Positions 7,339-15,918 of a DNA stretch of 32,000 bases are shown here, piece after piece (the first letter of the stretch is position 1; every line of letters begins with the position of its first letter). This DNA comes from Candidatus Hermodarchaeota archaeon. Lineage in GTDB: Archaea; Asgardarchaeota; Heimdallarchaeia; Hodarchaeales; Hodarchaeaceae. The notes below the pieces were generated by a model, which was not told where the DNA came from, did not search any database, and worked only from the letters and a program-made list of their open reading frames with translations. Location of the stretch: the NCBI GenBank assembly GCA_048886185.1, contig JBHLKY010000002.1, positions 30,001 to 62,000 of the forward strand. The letters are read 5' to 3'. Position numbers and translations under genes: made by a program.

Positions 7339-10101
7339 CTAATGGAGAGTTTGAGAAAATTGATTGTAATCTTCACCCAAGGGGGTTTCAATATTGTCAA
7401 GAATGCAGGCTAAAAGAGATTGTGCCCCAAATTTATCCAGCTTGGTGTTATTATGACTACAGCGAGGTAAGAATGTACATTTAGGGCATCCAATAGGATC
7501 TTTACAATCACATTCCAATATGTCATAAGCACGTTGAAATAACTCTGAAAGATGGTCAAGAAGCATAGCACAGACTCCTGAACCGTTTGCTTGATCAAAT
7601 AGTAATACGTAACCTTGAGGTATTAAAGCTAAACCTCCAATCTCACTGAGTTGCCCTCCTATGAAAGGAAGACTTGCATGAAGAATAAGATGGACCAATG
7701 TATGTAATGATGCAATATATGTACCACAATCAGAACCATCTATATCTTGAGGGAAAGAAGGAGTTCGAAAAAGCAGTCCTTTTGAACGAGAAGAATAATA
7801 GAGAGGATCACGAAGCTTATGAACAGAAGTACCATTTGGTGACTCTAGAGTATAACCAAAAACTGACTGAAGAACCTTAGTTTCAACATATGCAACTTCC
7901 AAGCCAAAAACACGCCTAGTGGAATCTTTCTCTAGAATAACAGGTTTCAAAGATGATAAAGGAAAAGTCTGTCCCCATACGCTCTTAGGCTTAATCAACT
8001 CAGCGACTCCGCGCATACCATTGAAGTAAAAGCTAATTACACGATATCGGGAGCCACCAGCATAATAAAAAGCACCAGGATATAACTCTAGCATAGCTAG
8101 AGGCATAGCTCGTTTTCCAATCTTTCTTCCTCCACGGATTTTAATTTGAATTTCATGGTTCTTACCACGAATCGAAAATTTTCTTGCTTGCTCTGTACCT
8201 TCATGTGTTGGCACTAAAACAGAGTCATCCATTTGATTAAGTGAATTTTGAGAAATGAGATGACTGAAGGTTGAGGCATATTCAGGAAATTCGCTGACAG
8301 TAAGAGGTTGATCGAGTGAAGCACATAAAAGTTGATGTTCGGTGACATAGGGATTATTCGGGTCAAAAAAGATCTCTTCAAGGTCTTGATAGTATCGTTC
8401 AGGATGATGGTAGTAATAATTGGAGATTGGATCTTCAGCATTTAAATGAATGACAGCTAGGGCCTCTTGTCCTTTCCGTCCAGCTCTACCGATTCTCTGC
8501 ATGGCACGATTAACAGCGATGGGAGGTGTTATCACAATTTCAACATCCCCAATATCAATTCCCAATTCAAGAGTCGGGGTAGCAATTAACATATCAAGTA
8601 CGCCTTCCCTGAAATCAGATTCAACTTTCTCACGCATCTTCTTCTCTAACCCAGCACGGTGAATTCCAACTCCTTTGGTAATTCCACCAAGTTTCTGATA
8701 CAGGATCTCAACAGCGCGATGAGAATCCTGAAAAACTAAGGTCTTTCCCACATTCTTAATGCTATTTAACAGGTGAGTCATACTATCCAAAGTTGATGTT
8801 CCACTAAAAGGAGAGATCATTAAAAAATGTAGACGTCCACGTTTCCCATTTTTACACTCGATGACAGTTACAGGACGATTTAATAGATCTTCCACAAATG
8901 TCTGGGCATTCGCAACGGTTGCAGAAGCGCCTATGAACTGAAGATTCTGATTAACTACCCTTTCAAGGCGACGAAGAATGAAATACATATTGGAACCGAA
9001 AGTACCAGAATAAGAGTGGATTTCATCTAAAATTACAATTTTTAATCCTGCTAATAAGTCTTGAAAACGACTTGCATTCTTACCTATTCCGAGATGATAA
9101 TGTAAAATGTCGGGATTGGTAATTAATATCTCAGGGGGATCAGAAAAGATTTTCTTTCGCTGGTAGTGGCTAGTATCACCATCGAAAACTCGTACTGATA
9201 AGTCAAGAATACTAGCTACCTCTTCGATTTTGCGAAGTTGATCCTTTGCTAATGCTTTCATAGGGTAAACAAGAAGTAATTGCACTCCACAATCTTTAAA
9301 ATCACGAATTTTCAGAAGTGATGGAAGAAGAAAAGCTTCAGTCTTCCCATTTCCTGTTGGAGCTGTAATACAGACATCGTGACCCTCTTGGATGGCTAAA
9401 AATGATTCTTCCTGAAACTTAAAGAAATGAGTGATGTCTCGACTTTTTAGATAATCGATGAGATGCTGATCTTTTAATACATCGATCTTTACTCCCTTCT
9501 CACCATGTTGTTGTTCAAACAACCTATAATCTATTATTTGATGCTGGGCATATTGTACTATTCTCTGGATGGTCAATGGAAGCTCTTTGATTGAAATTTT
9601 AAAATGATTTTGAAAATCAACTAGACTCAAAACAGTCTTTGGAGAAGTTGTTTGGATTGTTAAACCACTTTGTAGACCGATTTGCAGATTTGCAGGAATT
9701 TTTCTTAACTTCCCCGAACTAGCTAATCGCAGCTCGGTCGCTTTTTGAAGTTGAGCATTTCCACCAGCTAAGGTGTAGTATTTTTGTAAACAAAATTCAG
9801 CCCTCCTGAAATCATTTAATTGAAAATAGAGAGATGATAATTCTTTCCATGTTTCTCTATGAGAGCTATCTAGTTGCAAAATCCTACCAAATGTTTTTTT
9901 TGTATCTTCAACTTGTTTCAATTTCTTGAATTGCGTAGCAAGCTTTGTAAGAAGATCGATGGGAGGAATCGGTTCATCTAAAGCAGCAATAGCTCTAAAT
10001 TCCCTAAGAATCTCTTCCAAATCACGAAATTCTTGATAATTCTCTAGAGCTGAACGGTACCTTTTCCACAGCTCTGGATTTTTGTTGTCATTAAGAGTCA
10101 T
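7339..10101 (-). CDS. DExH-box SF2 helicase with DUF1998/MZB zinc domain (Hrq1/SftH/MrfA-like) and N-terminal TPR-like extension
   Basis: Walker A APTGNGKT; DEIH; SAT; ATPTLELGIDIG; QRIGRAGR; LYPGAFY; C-terminal CDC...GCPKC...C followed by LDK. Confidence 0.92.
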   Translation of the reverse strand: MTLNDNKNPELWKRYRSALENYQEFRDLEEILREFRAIAALDEPIPPIDLLTKLATQFKKLKQVEDTKKTFGRILQLDSSHRETWKELSSLYFQLNDFRRAEFCLQKYYTLAGGNAQLQKATELRLASSGKLRKIPANLQIGLQSGLTIQTTSPKTVLSLVDFQNHFKISIKELPLTIQRIVQYAQHQIIDYRLFEQQHGEKGVKIDVLKDQHLIDYLKSRDITHFFKFQEESFLAIQEGHDVCITAPTGNGKTEAFLLPSLLKIRDFKDCGVQLLLVYPMKALAKDQLRKIEEVASILDLSVRVFDGDTSHYQRKKIFSDPPEILITNPDILHYHLGIGKNASRFQDLLAGLKIVILDEIHSYSGTFGSNMYFILRRLERVVNQNLQFIGASATVANAQTFVEDLLNRPVTVIECKNGKRGRLHFLMISPFSGTSTLDSMTHLLNSIKNVGKTLVFQDSHRAVEILYQKLGGITKGVGIHRAGLEKKMREKVESDFREGVLDMLIATPTLELGIDIGDVEIVITPPIAVNRAMQRIGRAGRKGQEALAVIHLNAEDPISNYYYHHPERYYQDLEEIFFDPNNPYVTEHQLLCASLDQPLTVSEFPEYASTFSHLISQNSLNQMDDSVLVPTHEGTEQARKFSIRGKNHEIQIKIRGGRKIGKRAMPLAMLELYPGAFYYAGGSRYRVISFYFNGMRGVAELIKPKSVWGQTFPLSSLKPVILEKDSTRRVFGLEVAYVETKVLQSVFGYTLESPNGTSVHKLRDPLYYSSRSKGLLFRTPSFPQDIDGSDCGTYIASLHTLVHLILHASLPFIGGQLSEIGGLALIPQGYVLLFDQANGSGVCAMLLDHLSELFQRAYDILECDCKDPIGCPKCTFLPRCSHNNTKLDKFGAQSLLACILDNIETPLGEDYNQFSQTLH

Positions 10102-10300
10102 TGAATATTCGTTAACAATTCCAATGATAGTTTTTTAATGTGAAATCTACCAATAAAAAGAGTAAGGTCATTGATCCTAAAATTAAATGAAATAACAAGT
10201 ACAATGTTCCAGTATCAAACATTTTGTAAATGAGAAGAAGAGATGGGTAGTAGGTTGGTGAAATAGCATTCCAATTCAAAGTACAGTCTAAATAAACTCA

Positions 10301-10591
10301 ATGATTAAAGGACAAATCATCAGATCATTAATTTTTGGTTTTATTTCAGGATGTATCCTGGCAGTGATAATTGGAATCATTTATTATCGCTTCAAATGGC
10401 TTGATTCTCAAGAGGATGATGTTCCAGACATCAGAGCTGTTGAACCAATAGCGGAGACTCAAGTCAATGTTCACATTCTCTTCAAAAAACTACTTCCTTC
10501 ATCAAAGTTCTGCTGGTTAGTAGTAATCTGCACGATTGTTTGTACTGTTGTGATCTTGATAATAATGCTCTCTGCTGCGCAATACTATTAG
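10301..10591 (+). CDS. Small two-TM membrane protein
   Basis: 96 aa; two hydrophobic helices separated by an acidic loop; divergent from the helicase. Confidence 0.6.
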   Translation: MIKGQIIRSLIFGFISGCILAVIIGIIYYRFKWLDSQEDDVPDIRAVEPIAETQVNVHILFKKLLPSSKFCWLVVICTIVCTVVILIIMLSAAQYY

Positions 10592-10783
10592 CATTCACTC
10601 TTTTTTCAATCATTCTCACATATAATCTTTCAGAAAAAAACCAAATAATTATATTAATATACCAAGAGGGAAATGCTTGTGTTTATATTCGCTGTAACAC
10701 TAATGAGATCTTTTTAAGTCTAAAATAAATCTAATTTCCAATCCTTTTTAAACGATTAAGTAAGTTTTCAGAAATGAATCAAA

Positions 10784-12046
10784 ATGAAAAAACAGAACAA
10801 TCAAAAAAAGGTTATTATGATAATAATTTACGCATTAGCGTTCGGTTTCATCTTATCACTTCAATCAATTAAGATTAGTACCCAACAAACACCTGAACTT
10901 GTACCAGTTCCCTCGGTAGGGTTGAAAGCGGTTTGGTTAAACAGTGAGGGATATAATGAGACTATTCTTGTGATTAATGAAACTATTACACATTTTACAG
11001 TCGAGATGTATAATAGTAGCATGCTGCTTGACATAACAACTGTAAGCAAATATGTCTGGAAAAATCATTCTTATGAATGGGGAATATACGACTATGGTTG
11101 GCCTTGTTGGATCGATGTAACAAACTTAAGCCTTTTAGATCCAGTCGCACTTGGCCCAGAGACTTTGACAGTTGTTGATAAAGCTAATATTACAATTGGC
11201 CTTGGAAACTTCGAGGTTTGGAAAGTAAACGCTACAGATGGTAGATCGTATTGGTACGAGACTGGTAATGGATTATTAATTGCTTATATGTTTGGATCCA
11301 ATCCAGCAGATTTTCATTATCTGGAAAGCACAAATGCTAATTTTGAGCACGAACCCACCACTACAACAGTATCATCTTCAGAAACCAGTACAATAATAAC
11401 AACAGAAACTTCTTATCCATCAGTAACAAATTCTGTTCCTGAAACCACAACCAGTATTGAAACCACCCCACCATCGACGATTCCCTCGGAAGAGACAACA
11501 GAATATTCAAAGACATCTGAACAAACCGAAACTACCCCCATACCTGAAACTACCACTGTTACAACAGAACCAATAGTTCCAGAGACATCACAACCTCCTA
11601 AATATACAAGCGAAACTCCAACATGCAGGGATATTCTTCCTCCAGAGGTAGAAATAACAGGTATCGAAAATAAAGGGATATACTCAGATATAATCACAAT
11701 AGGAGTAACTATTACTGATGAGAGCCCTATCGTGAAAGTAGAAATTACCATCAACAATGGTGACATTGATGAAACTGATAAAATAAATATAGCGATTGAT
11801 GCGGGAGTATGGAAAGGAGTATACGATCTAGACACAACTGATTTCCCTGATGAGACTTATCTCGTGACAATAATGGTTATTGATGCGTGTAACAATGTGA
11901 AGACAATTCATCTCGATATCACCATTGACAATGGAGACGCTTCTGGAACTGCCCCAAGTATCTCTCCAGGATTTGACCTTATTTCAGTGTTCTGGGCTCT
12001 CGGAATTATTTCGATTGTAATTTGGCGCTGGCAACGAAGAGGATAA
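10784..12046 (+). CDS. Surface glycoprotein: signal peptide, Thr/Ser/Pro-rich linker, Ig-like domain, PGF-CTERM-type anchor
   Basis: Basic-then-hydrophobic N-terminus; PETTT-type repeats; Big-like segment PPEVEITG...LDTTDFPDETYLVTIMVIDACNN; SPGF + TM helix + WRWQRRG tail. Confidence 0.85.
   Translation: MKKQNNQKKVIMIIIYALAFGFILSLQSIKISTQQTPELVPVPSVGLKAVWLNSEGYNETILVINETITHFTVEMYNSSMLLDITTVSKYVWKNHSYEWGIYDYGWPCWIDVTNLSLLDPVALGPETLTVVDKANITIGLGNFEVWKVNATDGRSYWYETGNGLLIAYMFGSNPADFHYLESTNANFEHEPTTTTVSSSETSTIITTETSYPSVTNSVPETTTSIETTPPSTIPSEETTEYSKTSEQTETTPIPETTTVTTEPIVPETSQPPKYTSETPTCRDILPPEVEITGIENKGIYSDIITIGVTITDESPIVKVEITINNGDIDETDKINIAIDAGVWKGVYDLDTTDFPDETYLVTIMVIDACNNVKTIHLDITIDNGDASGTAPSISPGFDLISVFWALGIISIVIWRWQRRG
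11351..11622 (+). repeat. Low-complexity coding repeats (PETTT/ETT; CCTGAAACYAC-like)
   Basis: Recurring CCTGAAACCAC (about 11438), CCTGAAACTAC (about 11543) and CCAGAGACATC (about 11579) within a mucin-like stalk. Confidence 0.6.
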
Positions 12047-12061
12047 ACACAGAAGAGAAAA

Positions 12062-12373
12062 TCAATCAGGATTAGAGGGATTTGCAGAATATCGATGAAA
12101 TCGACAATCCCGACACAAAGGATTATCTTGTTCATACAGCTTGCAATAATACACAGGCTGATTTCGTTTGATTTTTCGAGTGAAATCTAAGCATTCAACA
12201 TCATAACCGGCAAATTCCGCCTCCTTTATATTTCCTAGCTCACCAGAAACAAATTGATCACAGTGGGGAGGGCAGGACTCATTCCACAACTTGAACTGAA
12301 GGCAGAAGTCAACAAAACCATCATTTGAGGCTAATAGAAAGAGGCACTTCTTGAATGAATCATCCAAATGCAC
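12062..12373 (-). CDS. Small Cys-rich putative metal-binding protein (copy A, 8 Cys)
   Basis: 103 aa; GTG start; Cys at 10, 24, 34, 38, 61, 77, 87, 90; paralog of 15620-15901. Confidence 0.75.
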   Translation of the reverse strand: MHLDDSFKKCLFLLASNDGFVDFCLQFKLWNESCPPHCDQFVSGELGNIKEAEFAGYDVECLDFTRKIKRNQPVYYCKLYEQDNPLCRDCRFHRYSANPSNPD

Positions 12374-12659
12374 GAGGCAAATCCGATCCTAAATCATGAT
12401 TATGACTACCAAACTAGTAAAAAGATTAAATGAAAACTGGAAATAATTTTGGTCTTCTCATGTATTGATTATGGATTATAGTATAAAAATACATTATGCA
12501 ATTCCTACTATTATTTAGATTATAAAAGGGGAATTTGGGATATATTATTATCGATTTTTTTCTCTCATATTTCGAATATAAAAGGACTCATCATCTAGAT
12601 AAATTTTCGAATTTTCTTCTAAACTTAATTTAACATTTGATTATATAGGATGGACAGAC

Positions 12660-14093
12660 ATGACAATTACAACGCAAGTAAGTCAAAACAAGAAAACTTT
12701 GGAGTGGGGACATCCACGAGAGTGGCCAAAACGTGATTCACGATCTCCTTCAGAGTGTTTTATATTCGAAGGAGATGATCTGGAGGCCCTCCAGTTACAA
12801 GGATTGCAGGAGAGGTTTTTTGAATTATCATCTAAAATTCCTGCAGTACGTGATTTAATTGAGAGACAGGGGGTCAGTGAAATCACAACTTTGAATGACA
12901 TCCTACCCGTACTATTCACACACACAGTGTACAAGTCCTATCCGCTTTCTTTGATTGAAAAGAAACGCTTTGATCAGCTGACGAAATGGCTAAGCAAGTT
13001 TTCAACCATAGACCTCTCTGAGGTAATACTTGACAAGCCAAAAACGATAGACCAGTGGCTAGACCAATTGGAAGCCCAGACAGAAATGCTAGTAGTTCAC
13101 AGCTCAGGAACTACAGGGAAGCTATCTTTCCTTCCTCGCACACAAATTGACATGGAAAACTATAAAAATGGACTGTACATGGTACTGGAAGGAACAACTG
13201 GCATCAATTTCCATACAGAACGAGTCCCTGTTTTCTTCCCAGGATTCCGTGATGGGCGACAATTAGCTCAACGCGTGATCGGCTATTTTGGGCCAAAAAT
13301 GGCAGGATCTGAAGAAGAATACCACACTGCAATGCCAGGATTTATGAGTGCCGATTTCATGTCGTTGGCTGGACGTGTTCGGGCCGCGAAGGCGAAAGGG
13401 GAGCTCGGAAAATTACAACTGATACGTGCGTTAGTCCACAACAAGGGGGAGCTCATTAAGATTCAGAAGAACCAACCCAAGTATTTAAGAGAGTTTATAG
13501 AGAAACTACTGACAGAGTACGCTGGAAAACGCGTTTTCTTCATGGGTGTCTGGCAAACCATCATCGAAACCGCTTTAAAGGGCCACAAAATGGGATTAAG
13601 TAAAATATTTGCACCTGATTCAGGATTTGCAACAGGTGGAGGGATGAAAGGATATCAACCTCCAGAGGGATGGTACGATATAGTGTGCAACTTCTATGGT
13701 GTGAACGCCATAAAAGACAATTATGGCATGACGGAGATGAACGGGGGAGGTATTCCCTGCTGCAACGAAGGTAAGTATCACATCTTCCCATGGTTCATCC
13801 CTTTCGTGTTAAATCCTAAAACTGGAGACCCTTTCCCTCGTACAGGTATCCAGAGAGGACGCTTCGCGTTCTACGACCTTCTCGCTGAAACTTACTGGGG
13901 AGGCTTCATCACAGGAGATGAAGTGACCATTCATTGGGACAATTGTAAATGTGGCTGGAAAGGGCCATGGTTAGAGAAGGAAATTCAGCGATACAGCAAG
14001 AAACAAGGGGGAGATGATAAGATCTCATGCGCTGGGGTTCAAGCAGCTTACGATGACTTTATTGATTTCCTGAGGGAATGTGAAAATGAATGA
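12660..14093 (+). CDS. luxE: LuxE/PaaK-like acyl-protein synthetase (ANL adenylate-forming superfamily)
   Basis: P-loop HSSGTTGK; YGMTE; GRFAFYDLLA...GGFITGDEV; C..H / CxC motif (IPCCNEGKYH, CKCG); C-terminal SCAG Cys; directly upstream of a LuxC-like gene. Confidence 0.8.
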   Translation: MTITTQVSQNKKTLEWGHPREWPKRDSRSPSECFIFEGDDLEALQLQGLQERFFELSSKIPAVRDLIERQGVSEITTLNDILPVLFTHTVYKSYPLSLIEKKRFDQLTKWLSKFSTIDLSEVILDKPKTIDQWLDQLEAQTEMLVVHSSGTTGKLSFLPRTQIDMENYKNGLYMVLEGTTGINFHTERVPVFFPGFRDGRQLAQRVIGYFGPKMAGSEEEYHTAMPGFMSADFMSLAGRVRAAKAKGELGKLQLIRALVHNKGELIKIQKNQPKYLREFIEKLLTEYAGKRVFFMGVWQTIIETALKGHKMGLSKIFAPDSGFATGGGMKGYQPPEGWYDIVCNFYGVNAIKDNYGMTEMNGGGIPCCNEGKYHIFPWFIPFVLNPKTGDPFPRTGIQRGRFAFYDLLAETYWGGFITGDEVTIHWDNCKCGWKGPWLEKEIQRYSKKQGGDDKISCAGVQAAYDDFIDFLRECENE

Positions 14094-14131
14094 ATCCTTC
14101 TTTTTTCTCATTCTCTTTAGGTGATTGACAT

Positions 14132-15589
14132 ATGCAAACCGTTGAAAATCAGAAAATACTTATTGAACTGACTGAACATGAAATCCCTATCATTACTCGT
14201 GGAAAGATTATTACTGATTATACTGAATCATTTGGAGGACGTCATGGGGCCTCTTTTAATACTCCTGATCCTATGAAATACCTCTCTCACATTCCATTAA
14301 CGAATCCAGAAAAGCTAAAGGATCTTTATGATCTCTGTATTGATGAAATTCTCGGTTTCTTACACGATCTCGGAGAACGTTTGGTTCTTTGTGAGAATGA
14401 ATACCTTCGTGATGCATATAACTTAGCCATGGAAGCATCAGGTTTAACCCATAAAGTACTTCTGACTACATATACTGTATTACCCTTGTTGTTCAATAAA
14501 GAAACTGTTCGAGAAATGTTAGAGCAACGAATAGGGATAAAATACCTTGAAAACTGGGTACCTACCATGATGATGAAGGGTCAGACTGTTTCGATCCGCG
14601 CAATTGGTGCCCGTACAGCACATATCATAGCAGGAAACGTGCCATTGGTCGCTGCGGGAACAATCATCCGTGGTTGCAGTACTCGATGTGACACCATTAT
14701 CAAACTACCTTCCAACGATCCGCTGACCGCATCCGCTCTTGTGCGAACCATGATAGAGATGGAACCCAACCACCCAATAACCAAACATGTCTGTGTTGTT
14801 TACTGGAAAGGTGGGGATACTAAGTTTGAGAGCAATTTTTACAAACCCGTAAACATCGAGAAAATTATTGCTTGGGGTGGATTTGCATCAATCAAGCATA
14901 TTGCGCAGTATTTACAGCCAGGGATAGATCTCATAACGCTTGATCCTAAGCTTAGTATTTCGATTATCGGTTCAGAAGCGTTTTTAGATGAAGAGTCCAT
15001 GCGTATTGTAGCCCAACGAGCAGCCATTGATGTTGGAGCGTTCAACCAAGAGGCTTGCGTTAACAGCAGGGTTATTTTTGTACACTCTGGGACAGATAAT
15101 GTTGGGCTAAACAAAATTAATGAACTCGGAGCTTACCTCTATTATGCGTTAACACACCTTCCAGAACACATCTCCACTCCTGCAAAGGAATTTAACATAG
15201 ATTTAAAGGCACAAATTGATGGTCTCCGTTTGGATGACAACTTTTATCGGATTTATGGTGGAGAAGAAAATGAAGGGGCAGTTATCGTCTCACAAATCGA
15301 TGAACCGGTTGATTTTTCGGATCAACTTTGTGGTCGTGTTGTGAACCTCGTTCCAATAAACGACCTAAGCACAGCTATCCAATCGATGAATGCCTACACT
15401 CAAACTGTTGGAATTTATCCTGAGAGGCTCAAGCGAGTTATCCGTGACGATTTAGTCATGCATGGTGTACAAAGGATTGTCTCTCTTGGTCATGCACCTG
15501 ATGGAAGCTTTTCTACTCCCCAAGATGCGATTGAACCACTTCGTAGAATGGTAAAATGGGTGATGGATGAACAATCAGTGTTCTGTTAA
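14132..15589 (+). CDS. luxC: LuxC-like acyl-CoA/acyl-protein reductase (ALDH fold)
   Basis: HIIAGNVP; IIKLPSNDP; VVYWKGGD; IIAWGG; DPKLSISII; putative catalytic Cys in NQEACVN; TQTVGIYP; GVQRIVSLG; GGTGA ribosome site upstream. Confidence 0.88.
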   Translation: MQTVENQKILIELTEHEIPIITRGKIITDYTESFGGRHGASFNTPDPMKYLSHIPLTNPEKLKDLYDLCIDEILGFLHDLGERLVLCENEYLRDAYNLAMEASGLTHKVLLTTYTVLPLLFNKETVREMLEQRIGIKYLENWVPTMMMKGQTVSIRAIGARTAHIIAGNVPLVAAGTIIRGCSTRCDTIIKLPSNDPLTASALVRTMIEMEPNHPITKHVCVVYWKGGDTKFESNFYKPVNIEKIIAWGGFASIKHIAQYLQPGIDLITLDPKLSISIIGSEAFLDEESMRIVAQRAAIDVGAFNQEACVNSRVIFVHSGTDNVGLNKINELGAYLYYALTHLPEHISTPAKEFNIDLKAQIDGLRLDDNFYRIYGGEENEGAVIVSQIDEPVDFSDQLCGRVVNLVPINDLSTAIQSMNAYTQTVGIYPERLKRVIRDDLVMHGVQRIVSLGHAPDGSFSTPQDAIEPLRRMVKWVMDEQSVFC

Positions 15590-15619
15590 TTCTCTCTATC
15601 CATTAAAGGAGAAAAACAC

Positions 15620-15901
15620 ATGACTGAACTCACTCCTCATGGATGCCAAAATCAGGCTACTGACATACAAACTCATCCTTCGATCTTTTTCTGCTTAGTG
15701 ATGAAAGAGTCTCTATCCGATTGTCCAATTAAATGTCCCTATTTCGTTCAAGGGACTCCCACACTTATGGAACACATCTATAATAGTAATTATGAATTAG
15801 AGTGTCCCTACCTGCACTTAATTGCTAAAATTGATACACAAGATGAACAGTGGTTTGTCTGTGGAAAAACAGCTAAAGACCCAAATCCCCATGAGTGTTG
15901 A
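15620..15901 (+). CDS. Small Cys-rich putative metal-binding protein (copy B, 7 Cys + His)
   Basis: 93 aa; AAGGAG ribosome site; 30 nt after the luxC stop; Cys at 9, 25, 35, 39, 62, 81, 93; paralog of 12062-12373. Confidence 0.75.
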   Translation: MTELTPHGCQNQATDIQTHPSIFFCLVMKESLSDCPIKCPYFVQGTPTLMEHIYNSNYELECPYLHLIAKIDTQDEQWFVCGKTAKDPNPHEC

Positions 15902-15918
15902 TCTATACCATTAGATGC

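Noticed and set aside
7339-10101. DISARM/Druantia-type defence helicase (DrmAB-like, DUF1998)
   Set aside because: No methylase, SNF2 helicase or PLD neighbours; the single-chain architecture fits Hrq1/MrfA repair helicases.
10540-10728. 62 aa ORF overlapping the 10301 gene
   Set aside because: Overlaps the upstream gene by 52 nt and probably spans its terminator and the next promoter.
12660-15589. Bioluminescence operon
   Set aside because: No luxA/luxB luciferase, luxD or luxG in the window; non-luminous luxE/luxC-like pairs are known.
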